Assembly (NCBI GenBank): GCA_013239625.1
Contig: MU053334.1
Location: 372,001 to 436,000 of the forward strand
Length of the DNA: 64,000 bases
Origin: Lama guanicoe
Lineage: Eukaryota
Direction of reading: 5' to 3'
Shown: positions 22,211-34,800 of the stretch, piece after piece
Numbering within the stretch: position 1 is the first letter of the stretch
Layout: the number at the start of each line of letters is the position of its first letter
Made by a program: the position numbers and the translations under genes
The notes under the pieces: model-generated
Seen by the model: the letters and a program-made list of their open reading frames with translations, nothing else
Told to the model about the DNA's origin: nothing
The model's database searches: none

Positions 22211-25200
22211 TCCCCTCTGAGCAGGGGTCCTGCAAACATTTCCGGCGTTTGCTCCAGGCTGAGGTTGCCAGGGGTCTTCCTGGGCTCAGGCTAGGGGTCA
22301 GCACGGACACTCTAAGCCACACCCTGGGGGCCGTGAGGGGCCTTGTCCCGGAGACGCCGGGCACCCGCTCTAGGGTGCCGCCCGGACAGCTCCTGGGGTC
22401 CTGCATTCCCACCCGGACCCTGCATCCGTGAGAGTCACCGGCACGCTGGGGCCCACCCCCGCCCTGGGGGGAAGGCCACTCAGCGGCAGGACCCTCCGGA
22501 GGTAAAGCCGCTTCAGACCGCCCTTCAGGGTGGGGTCCCAGGTGGGAGGCGATCACAAACAGGCCGCTGGCCTTGGGGGCGCCATCCGAGGGGCATCTCT
22601 GTGGGGTCTGTGTGCCGTCCTCAGGGTTTCCGACCCCTCAGGCAGAGAAGGGGCTGGCCCACAACCCCTGGGAGAAGGACGTGGCTCCTGGGGTGGGGGG
22701 GCATGTCGGGGAGCAGAGAGCGTGTGGGGCCTGTAGGCACTTGTCCCCTGAAAGGTTGTCTGCCGGCACTGCGAGGGAATAGGGTGAGGGTCACGATCGG
22801 GGGTTATGACTGGGGTCAGGGTCAAGGCAAGGAGAGGGCTGGGGACGGCAGTGTTTGGGAGCCTCCATGGGACCCACTCGCAGTCCGAGAGGAGGAGTGG
22901 GCGTGACCTCTCCAGGGCAGTCCTGCCCTGAGCGGGAGTGCAGGCCCCTGTGTCCCCCTTCACGAGGGCAGTTCTGCCCCATGGAGACTTGGGGCGCGAG
23001 GGCCCTGGGCTCCCTCCATAGAGAATCTGTGTCTGGGCCCCGAGGGCCCCTGGCGTCCCTGGGCCCGGACCTCCCACACCTCGCAGACCGCCCAGCTCTG
23101 CTTGGCCTGGCAGGGGGCTACCTGCTCCTGGCCCTGGTGGCCTGGCCGGCCCAGCCGCACAAAGCAGTAGATGCTGTGTGTTTACCTTACATCAACTTTA
23201 GTTTTAACAGAAGTTGTTTTAACAGGAAACCACTCTGAGCTGCTGGCCTGCGGGAGCCTGGCCCGGGGGGCAGGGGGACGGTCCTGGCTGCTCTTAGGGC
23301 CCCTGTCTCAGTCATTTCCCCCTGATGCTCTCAAAGCCCTGTTTGAAGGGGAGTCCGCGCCTCGGAGTGCGCCCGGCTGGGCAGGGCTGACTAAAGGGCA
23401 CCCCCACTCTGGAGCCTCCCCGGCTGGTGGGGTCCCTGCAAGAGGGACCGTGCCCAAAGGGGCCTGTGGCCTGGGCGCACAGGTGGTGGGCTTCATGCGA
23501 CCATCTTTGCTGCGGGGCCTCCATGGGGGCTCTCCCTGCCCTCGGGGAGTCCCCACTTTCAGGGGGGCTCATGACACGTCAAGTGTAGGGCCAGGGTAGG
23601 CTGATGAGTAGGGGCTGGGGTCTCTGAGGGGCAAGAGTGAGCCGTTCCCTCTGGCTTCAGTCCCAGCCAGGGCTCCGGGAGGGTGAGGGCAGCCAGACGT
23701 GGGACACAGGGAGGTGACCCACTGGGCCTTGGGACCAGCAGCTCAGCAGAGGCTCTGAGGGACCGCTTGGGCCATATCCCACCAGACAAAGCCACCCCCG
23801 GGGCCTGGGCACAGCCCAGGGTGGGCAGTGTGAGTGTGGGCTGGGGTGGGGCTGACCTCTGGACACGTCAGGGGACGGGTGGAGCGAGGTATGGTCATGG
23901 GACACTCCTGGGTCACTAACTTACAGGGACTGGGGAGGGGGCTGGGGCTTGTGGCAGGCAGGGGGTCCCCTCGCTGGGGTCTAGTGTCACCCCCATCAGC
24001 TAGAGGGATACAGATGTGGCCCTGGCAGGGGCTAGATGTCACCCAGACTGCAGTGGGGTGGCTCACAGGGCCTGGACCGCAGCAGCCTGTGTGTATGTGT
24101 GACCCAATTTGAGTTTCCTGGAAAAACCGTGCTGTGCACGCCAGGATCTGTCACTGCAGGCAGCTCTGGCCTTCTGGTGTTGCTGGTGCCCGGGGCCTGC
24201 CCCATCCCGGGAGGCCCCGCCACCCTTTCTCCAGGCTGCTTTGTCAGGAAGTCGCAGTGCATGGCGTTTCTGCTGCTGAATGCGTGCGGGGAGCAAACAG
24301 CGGGTGATGAGGCCGCGCTGCCTTTGGCCCCACAGGCTGGGTGGGAAGGGCTGGTCTCACTGGCCGGCCTGGGGTGCTGAGCCCGGACAAGCGGGAGATT
24401 GCCCTGCCTCACCTTCCGTTTGCGTGGCCACCTGAGTGGTGCCAGGCACCCCGGGGCTCAGGTTGGCCGTGAGGCTGGGAGCCCGAATGGACCTGAGGAC
24501 TTGAGGCCTGTCCTGGGCTGACTGCCAGCCCCAGAACCCAGTGTCCAGGGAATGGGGCCTGCACACCGTTTCCAGCGTCCTGGCTCAGTTGGGAGGGTGG
24601 TTGCTGTCCGCCAGGCCCTGACTCCCTGGGCAACCCCGACCTAACTTTTGCCTGCGGCCGAGGGCCTGCATGAGGAGGTCACAGCCGGCAGGTGCTCCCA
24701 GCAGCTCCCAAAGGGGCTTGGGGCCGGCTCCCCTCTGGGCCCCATCTGCCCGGTGTGGCATCCCTGGGGGAAGGCAGGAGGCCTTCACCCCCCAAGGCTT
24801 GGCCCCACTAATCCCTCAGGTCAAAGGACTGAGAACTGTGGCTCGGGGCCCACTTGGGAGGTTCTTCAGCCTGGGAGGGGAACCAGCCTCTGTGCTGCCC
24901 AGGCTGGTGCCCTCGCCAAGGCGGACAGTGGGCCAGGAGGCGTTTGGGAGCTGTAACCGGCCAGTGTGGGGATGGCGGGTGCTCTGTTGCAAAGCCAGCA
25001 GTGACTTCCTGCAAGTCCGGGCACAAGGCTGGGACTGGCCTGGACCCCCGGTGTTGAGAGTGGGGCTGAAGGGTGGCCCAGGCTGACTCTGTGCCATGTG
25101 CGAGGGGAGTTGTGAGGCCGAGAGTGGCCTGTGCTCCGGGCCCCAGCCCTCTGCTGCTTGGTCTGAGAGCTGGACCCAACCCTCGAGCACCAGGAGCTTG

Positions 25201-26439
25201 GGGAAGTGGGGCAGATCAGGAGACCCTGGGGCCAGAATAGCTGGAGCAAAGATCTCTGAGGGCCTCAGGCCTAGGGGTGAGAGTCACCCACCCAGCCCCG
25301 CCCCACTCCTGCCCCAACATCCTACCTGTGGCTGGTGGCAGCCCCGGGCTGGGCTGCTCTGCTGGCGTCCCAGCAGGCTCCCCTCCTTCCTCCTCTCCCT
25401 CCCTCCCCACTGTCATACTTGACCCCCGTCACCTGCAGCCCCTTCTCTCTGGAAACATCCCTCCCCGTGAGCTGCAGGCCCCCTGGCTGAGAGGGCCCCG
25501 GGCTCCCCCAGCACATCCCAGCTGCCTCGACCACTTTCTCGGGCCTTCTGTGCACTCCAGGACAACTCCTGATTCTTGCTGGCCCTTCCAGACCCCCAGC
25601 CCCGTCCTGAGCTGCTGGGAGCCACCCTGTCAAGGGCAACAATGCAGCCAGTGAGCCAGGGCCACAGGTGAGGGCCCGAGGCCGTGAGGGGGCAGCCAGG
25701 GAGGGTGCTGTACAGGGCTGGGGCAGGCATTCCTCCTAGGGTCCCAGGACCTCCCAGCTGGCCCCGTGGTCCTACCCTTGGGCCCCGGCTCTTCCTGCAA
25801 AACTTGGCCTGGATTTGGGTGGGGGTGTGCCCTCTATCCTCCAGACTCGGGCCCCTGCAGGGCAGCCCCAGCGCTGACTACTGCCCTCAGCCCCAGATGT
25901 CTGCGGCTGCAGGAGGGGCTGAGGCATGAGGCTGGCTCTCAGTTTGGGGCAGGTTAGTGAGCCCCCAGGGAAAGCCACCGCCCAGGCGTCCAGCTGCCCC
26001 AGGCTTGGGGGTACTGCATTCCTGAGCAGGCTGGTGTGCTCATGGCCTGCCCGCTCTCCAGCCGGGCCCGCCGTCCTTTGTGTTCATTTTGGCTGCCTGG
26101 CCCTTTGCAGGGGCCTGACGGGAGGACCAGGGGGCGGAGGGGCAGGCTGAGCCAAGGTGGGCTGGACACCCACCTGCCGACCAGGCAGTTCCAGCAGGTT
26201 GGAGGCCTGGCACCACCTCTCCCCAGGGGGAGCTTAGCCTGGGTGGGGGAGACTGTCCCCAGAGGGGCTCGCTTGGCCCACATCCTGTCCCCTCCCCTCC
26301 CCTCCCCTGCACACCAGGGCGTGCTTGGCACTGCCCACCTCGCCCCACCCCTCGACTCCCACCACCGGCTCTGGGTCTGGGCACCTCTGACCCCACAGTG
26401 GGCGGAGTCAGAACCTCCGGACTAGCACCCTCTCCCACC

Positions 26440-27000
26440 CTGTCGGGGGCGGGGGCTGCCCCTCGCCGAGCTTCCCGGCCCCGCGTCACATTTCTTGTGA
26501 GCCCGGCTCGGTCCCCTCCCAGCCCAGCGTCCTGGGCCTGGAGGCTCCACCTCCGAGGTGCTGGAGGCGGCGGGTCACGTTTTCAGCTTCCGGCCGGAGC
26601 CCCCGTCCCCGCCGCCCCCCAGCCCGGCCGCGCGCGGGCCCTGCCTGCCCGGAGCTGGCGCCGCGCCGGCTGCCGGCGGATGTCTGGTGAGAAGCAAACA
26701 GATAAGGCCGCCCGGGCGGGAGGCCGGAACGCCACACGCGGGGCCGGGGGTTATCGGGCGGCTGTGACTTCCAGGCGAGTACGTGGCAGGTTCGGAGTGT
26801 TTGTTCGCGCGCCGCCGGTGGCCTTGAAGGGCTTTGTGGGAGGGGGTTGCCGGCTGCTGTGTGTGCCACCCGGCGCGGCGCGGGCGGCCAGGTGGCAGTG
26901 GCCGTCAGCGCTGGGAACCCTCCCGAGCCTGACGCTGGAGCTCAGGGGAGGGGACCGCGGGGGGTCGTCCGATCAGAGCCCTGGAGGCTGGGGTCCGAGG
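26440..27000. promoter_or_regulatory. CpG-island-like region
   Basis: Dense CpG and GC boxes, judged by eye. Confidence 0.65.
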
Positions 27001-27215
27001 GCAGGGTCCTGGGGGGCCGGGCTTTGGTGAGGGCCTCTCCTGTGCCGCGTGGGAAGAGGGGGAGGGGCGGCCAGGGGTCTCATCTTATGGGACACCGGCC
27101 CCACCGTGGGGCCCTCCACTCACGACCTCATCACCTCCCAAAGGCCCCGCCTTCTAATTCCATCACCTTGGGCTCCACCATAGGAATCTGGGGGGACACA
27201 AACATGCAGCCCCAA
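26960..27215. mobile_element. MaLR (MLT1A/B-like) LTR relic
   Basis: CACCTCCCAAAGGCCCCGCCTTCTAATTCCATCACCTTGGG...GGGGGACACAAACAT is a typical MLT1 signature. Confidence 0.65.
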
Positions 27216-28389
27216 ACAAGTGGTACTGGGTTTTGGGGGGCCCTCAGGTTGGAGGGTCTGGTAGGACCCCCAGAAGCACAAGTCAAGTGGTCTCTGAGGG
27301 CAGGCACAGCTCAGAGGTGAGAGGGCCCTGAGCAGCCCGGGAAGGCTTCCTGGATGAGGTGGGCTAGAGGAGAGGTAGCCGGACCCTCAGGAGCTGGGGC
27401 AGGGGTTGGGGAGGCCCTGCCAAGGCTGGAAGTGGCTGCATGGCTGTAAGGACCCTGGTGAGAGGGCTGGGGCCAGGCCAACGGGTGTCCTGAGCCTAGA
27501 GTGAGCTGAGGGAAGTGGGTGAACTTAGGATGGAGGGCCCCGCACAAAGGAGTGGGGCAGTGACTCGGGTTCCGGCAGGAAGCAGGCAAGGGTGTGCAGA
27601 GCTGGCTGTGAAGGGCCGGGGGATGCGGGCACTGACCCATGTGGCCTGCCGATGGCTGAGGAGCAGGGCTGGGCCCCTAGGCTCACAGTGGCCAGTCTGC
27701 ATGGCGGGGCTGGGGGTACAGCTGTGTGGGACCCGGGGCCACTCATACCAGGAACCAGCTGGGGAGGCCTCGGGGCCCAGACTTGCTGTCCAGTGGCTCC
27801 AGTGTCTCGCTGGCCGTCTGTGGGAGATGTCACCTGCATTGCCGAGGACTGGGAGTAGCCACTGGGCCACCTGCAGAGAGGTGCCAGAGCATGTGGGGCC
27901 CTCGGAGCCCGGCTTGGACATTGACACCTGCTGTGCACAGCAGTGGCGTCTGTGTCCTCACTCTGCAGAGTTTCAGCTGGGAGGCCAGGTGTGGGCTCAG
28001 GGACTGCGAGGGCGGGTGGCGGAAGGGCGGGTGGCAGCAGGACGCTGTCTGGAGGGTGGGAAACTGCCCGGGGCCCTGGTCCCAGCCCACAGCAGAGGCA
28101 GGTCACCCCACCCCCAACTGCTGCCGCATCTCCAGGCTCCGAGCCGGGTCCCCATGACCCCACCATCCTTAGAGTTTAGGGGTGATCTCTGGAGCCGAGG
28201 GAGCAGGGCCCAAGGCTCGGGATGGAGTCTTTCTTCCCTCCCTGCTTCTCCTCCTTCCAGTGGGCAAAAGCATAGTTTTGGGGTTATTTTTCGTTTTGTT
28301 TTTAACAGCTCTGTCGGGTGTAACTGACACGTGAGAACCCGCAGACACAGGTGGACCTGGGAGACACTGCGGCTTGAGCTCCGCATCCT

Positions 28390-28790
28390 TGCAGTAGAGC
28401 AAATATGACAACAAAGCGAATTGTGTGATTTTTTGTTTCCCAGCGCGTATGAAAGTTATGTTCACCCCCTACTGTTGTGTGCAGTAGCATTATCTTTTTA
28501 AAATGTATATACCTTAATTTAAAAATGCCTTGTTGCTAAAAAATGCTACGCAGCATCAGAGCTCTTAGCAAAGACGACTCTAGCAAAGATGCCAGCACAG
28601 CAAATATAATAGTAACGACAGTTTGAAATGCGGTGAGAACGACTAGAATGTGACACAGAGACACGAAGTGAACAGATGCTGGTGGAAGAATGGTGCCGTG
28701 TCAGGCCTGCTCCACGCAGGGCGGCCACAGACCTTCAGTTTGTAAAAACTGCAATGTTTGCGAAGCCCAATGAAACAAGTCTGTCTGGAC
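28390..28790. mobile_element. Tigger-like (TcMar) DNA transposon relic
   Basis: ATGTATATACCTTAATTTAAAAA...TTGCTAAAAAATGCT and TGTGACACAGAGACACGAAGTGA resemble Tigger1/2 sequence. Confidence 0.6.
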
Positions 28791-31700
28791 TCGAGTTCCA
28801 TTTCGTGAGCCGCAGCCCAGGCACGCACCTGGGCAGCCGCCGCCGCCATCAGCACAGGGATCACCTCCTCCGTCCCCCGAGGGGCCTGGGCCCCTTTGAG
28901 AAGCTGCCCGTCCACCAGCCACGGCAGCTGCGGATCTGCTCGTGGTCGCTGCAGGTTCATTTGCATTTTCTCGAATTTCATATAAACGGAATCATGCAGT
29001 GTGTACTTTTTTTGGTCTGGCTTCTTTCCCTCAGGTTTTTGCGTGAAGTTCTTTTGCGATCCATCCACGTTGTGGTTTGATTCAATGTTTTGTTCCGTTT
29101 TTGCTGGGCAGTACTTCCTGGTGCAAGTGGGCTGCAGTCTGCTCCTCGGCTCACCCACTGGTGGTCCTGGGATGTCCCCAGTTTGGGGCTTTGACAAACA
29201 GAGCTGCTGGGCAGGTGTGCGCAGCCTCGTGTGGCACAAGCCTTTGTTCCTCCTGGGCAAACACGCACAGTGGCATGGCCGGGTCGTACAGCTGGCGTCC
29301 GGGCGACTTTTTAAGCCAGCTGTCCCCCAGCATGGTGCTGTCTTGTGCGTCCCCACCAGCCACGGACGAGACTTCTGGTTTCCCCACATCCTCACCGGCA
29401 CTGGGCACCGTCCGTCTTCAGACTGTCGCCTGTGGGTCATGGTGTCTTGCATACGTGTCTCGCCGCCCACGTGTCTGCTTTGGTCAAGTGTCCTTCAAAT
29501 CTTTGCACATTAAAAAACTGGACTATCTGCTGCTGTGCAGTTCTGAGAGTTCTCTACCTGCTCTGGACGCAAGTCCTGCACCAGGTCCAGACTTCGTGAA
29601 GGTTTCCTCCTAGTCTGCGGCTTGTCTTTTTATCCTGAATAGCATCGTTCAAAGGGCGGACGTTCATAGTCTTGACAAATCCGATTTAGCACCGTTTCTT
29701 TCACACGATGTGCTCTTCCAGTGTCCCAGTTAAGAAATCGGATTTTATCACTAGGGGGTGACCTCCTTTATCCCTGGGGGTGCCCCTCTCTCTGTCTGAA
29801 ACGTACTCTGTCTGGGGTGCACACTGCCGCAGCATCTTTCTCCCATGTGTCTGGGTGTCTTTTTCCGGCCTTGTGCTTTGGACGACTAGCGTGTGTGCCT
29901 TTGTGTGCAGAGTGGGTTTCCCGAGGTGGCTCAGAGAGGGGTCTTGCTTTTTCACACAGCCTGAAAATCCAGGCTTCCTGCCGGGGTTTCAGAGGTTCCA
30001 CTTGTTTTGCACCTAATTATTACTGCTTTTACTTCACCCGTTTATTTTTCAGCAGGGATACTGGGGACTGAACGCTACCACTGAGCTTTGCCCTCCTCCC
30101 GGTTTTTATTTTTTATGGAAGTATATTTGATTTTCCAACGTTGTGTTAATTTCTGGTGTACAGCAAGGTGATTCAGCGACACATACGTATATATATTCCT
30201 TTTCAGATTCTTTTTCATTATAGGTTATTACAAGATTCTGGATTCAATCCCCTGCGCTGCACAGTGGGACCTTGTGTATCTGTTTTATATAGCAGTTTGT
30301 ATTTGCTAATCCTAAACTCCCAATTTATCCCTCCCCAGAGGTTACATGTACGACAATTATTGACACGGTCTGGTTAAAACCCACTGTCTTGCTGTTTGTT
30401 TCCATTTCTTCCATCTCCTCTGCCTTCTTTTGGGTCCACTGAGCCGTTTTTCATGCCAGTTTACCTCCTCTGCTGCCTTGTTTGCCGTGACTTGCCGTCT
30501 CATAGTCTCGTCACTTTCAGGTTTTCGGTGTTTGCATCAAGTCGCCGCAGCCCACCTCCCGAGACGCAGCGGCGGGGGGCGGCCCTCAGCGGGGGGCCTC
30601 CTTCCCCTCCCCAGGCTCCAGTGCACTTGCTTCCACACGTGACACCCGCACGAGCTCCGTTCCTGTTACCCTGGTCTAGTCGGTACCTTTCAGAGAGATG
30701 TAAACAGCAAGCAAATTCCTGTGTGCTTCCCCGTGTGCCTGCCACTGCAGATGCCTCCATCCCTCGTGTGGACCCGGGTCACCATCTGGGGCCACCCTCT
30801 TCTGCCTGCAGGACCGTCGCCAGTGTCCCCGTCACCGGCAGTGTGATGGCGGCGCGTCTGAGAACACACTCACCTTGCCTGATCCTTTTCCAGGACGACG
30901 GTTTCCTTTTCCTGCCGCTTTGCCGGTGTCTGCCGCCATCTGTGGGCCCCTCTTGACGTGACACATTCTCCCGTCCGCCTTCTTTTAAGATTCTGTTTCT
31001 ATCACTGGTTTGAGCAATTCGACGCTTCGTCTCCTGTCGTTTTCTTCATGTTTCTTGTTCTGGGGGCTGTTGCGCTTCTCACATCTGTGGGTTTCTGGTT
31101 TTCATTAAATTTGAACAAATTTTGGCCATTCTTTCTTCAGTTTCCTTTCTGTCTCTCCTTTTGGACCCAGTTACATAAACCAGACGGCGGAGCGCTGCCG
31201 CCGGCGCGCGCACGAGCTGTTTGCCCTCCAGTGGCCGGCCTCCCTGCGTCTCGCCGTGGGTGGTGTCTGCTGCCGTGTCTGCACGTGCGCCCACCTTTCT
31301 TCTGCTGGGTCTAAGCGGACGCTAACCCTCCAGGGCAGTTTGCACCTGCGTGGTGGCGGTTTTCGTCTCTGGAACTGTCATTTGGGTCTTGTCTTTCGTT
31401 TGTGTCTTCCGTGTCTCTGCTTAGCACGGTCCATCTCTCCCGTGGGTTTTTGAACACAGGGAACGCAGTTGTAGTATGGTTTTAATGTTCTTGTCTGCTA
31501 ATTCTAGCATCCATGCCGGACGCAGGCTGGTTGCTAATGGCGGCCTTTCCTCCCCGCTGTGGCAGAGCTGTCCTCTTCCTCTGCCTTCCCGGCGCTCGTG
31601 ATCGGGTGGCAGACACTGTGAATTTCACCTGGGGGACACTTCTGTCCCCTCCAGACCTTCTTGCCCTTTGCTCTGGGGCACAGGTAAGGTGCGCGGACGC

Positions 31701-32250
31701 AGTTTGGTCTTTTGGGTCTTGCTTTTGTGAACCCTCAGGTGGCGCTGGAGCAGGGCTCAGTCCAGGCAGGGCTGGTGAGCCGTCTACCGGCCACATGGTG
31801 ATTGTGAGGTTTTCCAGCATCCCTTGTGGGACAGCGCTGCTCCCTCCCGTCTAGCAGGTGGGTCCTCCCCACTCAGGCCTTTCCTTCACTTGTGTGTCCT
31901 GCCTGGTGGGACCCCAGTAGCTTCTGCACACCCAGGGCTCGCTCTGTGCAGCCCTCTCCTCTCCAGCGTCCCCTGAACTCCAGCTACCTTGGTCTCCTGG
32001 GGTCTCAGCCAAGCTCCTCCTGGTCCCTGCCCTGCACCTCGTCCTGGAAACTGCCCCAGGCACTGATCTGGGAACCTGCAGGGCTGCCCAGGTGTGTTTT
32101 CTGTCTCCTCTAGGATCTCTGTTCTTCTTTGCCTGACGTCCAGCATCTTGACAACTGTCATTTCACATATTTTGTCCCACCTTTCAGCTGTTTCAGGAAG
32201 GAGTGAATCCAATCTGGTATTCTTTTTGTTGGAAATGGAAGAACTCAATG
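28790..32250 (-). mobile_element. Cluster of old L1 fragments (antisense)
   Basis: T-rich plus strand with L1 3'-end phrases (GAATTTCATATAAACGGAATCATGCAGT; TTCCCCACATCCTCACC); no intact ORF. Confidence 0.6.
30041..30335 (-). mobile_element. Internally deleted tRNA-derived SINE (30041-30100) next to the 3' end of a cetartiodactyl-type L1 (30101-30335)
   Basis: The reverse strand reads GGGAGGAGGGCAAAGCTCAGTGGTAGCG-TTCAGTCCCCAGT...AAAAATAAA. The L1 tail includes TTTCTGGTGTACAGCAAGGTGATTCAG...CTCCCAATTTATCCCTCCC. Confidence 0.6.
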
Positions 32251-32439
32251 AGATAGATCCAAAAAACACTGTAATGTTGTTCAGTCACTCATAAAATGTG
32301 GGGAAATGCAGAAAGGCAGCCAGAAGATAAACACTGCCCCTCGGGGCCCCTCTGCCCAAGCCCGCGTGCCGGCAGCCGGCAGCCCTTCGCCGCGTCTCCT
32401 CCTGGCTGTTCCTGTGTGTGAGACCCTGGGCAGCACGAC

Positions 32440-32800
32440 GCTCAGCACAGAAGGGCGGCTTCAGCACCTGGAGTTTATCATCTCCTCATCTGAGGCCCAG
32501 GTGTCGGAAGGGCTGCTTCCCTTGAGGCCCCCTCCCCTTGCTCCTGGTGCTTCTTGACCATCTCTGGGGCTCCCTGACCTGGCGACGCATCGCCCCACCT
32601 CTGCCTCCGTCTCCCCATGTGCGTCTGGTCCAGATGCTCCCTCTTTTCACAAGGACCCCAGTTGCACTGGATGAGGGCCCACCTGCCCCAGGTGACCTCA
32701 CCCTCACTCATTACATCTGTGAGGACCCTGCTTCCAAGCCGGTCCCATCCTGAGGTGCTGGGGGTCTGGATTTCCACCTGTGAATCTGTGTGTTTCCGCG
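32440..32800. mobile_element. MaLR (MLT1C-like) LTR relic
   Basis: ACATCTGTGAGGACCCTGCTTCCAAG...CTGAGGTGCTGGGGGT signature. Confidence 0.65.
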
Positions 32801-34249
32801 GGAGGAGGCCACATGCAGGAACGCCGCTGCCCTTTGGAGACTCTGTTTACCTTGGGGAGCAGGTGGGGCAGGCCCGTTCTGCCCAAGGCTCTGCCTACAC
32901 CCTCTATCATGCAGATGTCCTGGGCTGGTGTCCCAAGACAGAAGCCCATCTCAGGGGTCCTGCCCAGGCTGGTGGCGGGGCCTCGAGCGGGGGGTACACC
33001 CTCTGCGCCGGACCTCCCGCCCTCAGGCCTGCCCACCCTCTGGGCCACCACCTCCCTCTGACTCCTGGGCATCACTGAGACGCACGTGGCCCCAAGGCCT
33101 CCGGCCACAGCCTCACTGGGCACTCGTGGCCTGTGGGACGAGGCAGGCTTGTCAGCAACAAGAAGAAGAGACAAGCCAACGACCGCCGGCAGCCCCCGGG
33201 CCAGGCTCTGTCCTTCGCGCAGCTGTGGCTGGTGGGGGCACCTGGAGTCTGGCCCCGCCTGCTGGGCCCGGCCTGGGGCTGCTCACCCGTGCGGTGACGC
33301 TGACCTGTGGGTGACAGGCAGGCCAGGTCCCCCCAGCTACTCCTTGAGAACTTTCTGTTGACTTTCCTGCTTGGCCAGCTCTGTAATCTGCTGGTGCAAA
33401 GGCCACATCCGCTTCCTCGTGGCCTGCGTACGAGGACCGTCCCTGCTCCCTCCGCTGTGTGACGAGGCCTGGCTCCAGGCCCAGCCCTGGGTCTGCGTGT
33501 GGGGCCCTGGCCCCTCCCGGGGGTCACCTTTGACGGCTGTGCTTCCGGCCGGGCATCGCTTCTGCAGGAAGACAGGGACACCAGACACTCCCTGCACGGT
33601 CACTGTGCCGAGGCCGGACGTGGCCATGCCTGGGGGGACAGGCCCCCTTCCTGCGGGATGAAGAAGCAGATTCCAGGTGTCCAGCCTCACTGCCGGGGAG
33701 GGAGTGGCGTCATGAGGCTGACGCCAGGCAGGGTCCCACCTCTTCCCACCCCCAGAACTGGGGTGGTTGTTCCGGCACTTCTGAACCGTCCTGTGTTCCC
33801 TGCCCCAGGGGCCCAGGCCAGTGTGGGCCCTTCTGCCCTCATCCTGGCTCCTGGCTTCCCTGAGAGGGGCTCAGGTCAGGTGGGCTCCAGGCAGCCTCGT
33901 CATGAAGGGCCTTCTGGGGTGGAAGCTGAAACCTCAGGGCTGCGACCACTCCAGGGGGCTGTAGGCAGAGCCCCCAGGGCCTCCTGGTGGGGTGAGGTCC
34001 CTCTCTGGAGGTGGGAGGCCGCCAGAGGACCTGGCCTGGCCTTCTGCGAGGCTCATCTGGCCGAACGTCAGGAGTGTGCTCTGCAGCTGCTCTCTGCCGC
34101 CGGCTCTCCGAGCACGGGGTCAGAGGCTGGCAGCCCACCACGGGCAGGGCGGGCTGACCAGCTGGGGAGAGGCCCCACTGAGTCTGGTGGTTAGACTGGC
34201 CGATGCTTCCGGCCCCACTGTACCGAGGACCCTGCATGCAGACGAGAGA

Positions 34250-34800
34250 GGGCAGTGACCCGCCCAAGGTCACTGTGCGCCTGCCCCGCGCGCAGGGTGC
34301 AGACCTGGCAGCAGACGCGCCCACCACTCACTGGGGCCGGAAAGGCTGGGGCGTCCTCTGACCGACCAAGTCCCCACGCCGCTCCAGGGATGCTGAGGCC
34401 TGGACGCAGGCGCAGACGCAGCGGACCTCTGGGAGGGGCGTGGCCACACAAGCCACGCCCACGCGCGCTCAGGCCCGCGCACTGGCTCAGACGCGCCCCC
34501 AGGCACACGCATGCACGCGCGCAGGCGCCCTTCCTGGAAGGCGTGCGGGCGCCAGGCGCCACCTGCTGGGGAACGTCCGCATCCCGCGGGCCACCCTCCC
34601 CGGGAAGCTTCCCTGGGCCGTCCACAGGGCCCGGGGGCGAGCACCTGCCCCAGTCGCTGAGACCCTTCCCGCACACCGGACGCGGTGGGGCCGGGTTCCC
34701 CGCTGCAGGGCCCCTGGCGCCCAGAGGAAAAGTGAGGTGGGCAGACGTCGAGGTGGCATGGGTTGGGGGCCCGGCAGGGCCTGTGTGGGACTCCAGGGTG
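34250..34800. promoter_or_regulatory. CpG-rich promoter/enhancer-like element
   Basis: GGGAGGGGCGTGGC and GCCACGCCC (Sp/KLF-type), plus GCGCAGGCGC-like (NRF1-type) motifs. Confidence 0.45.
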
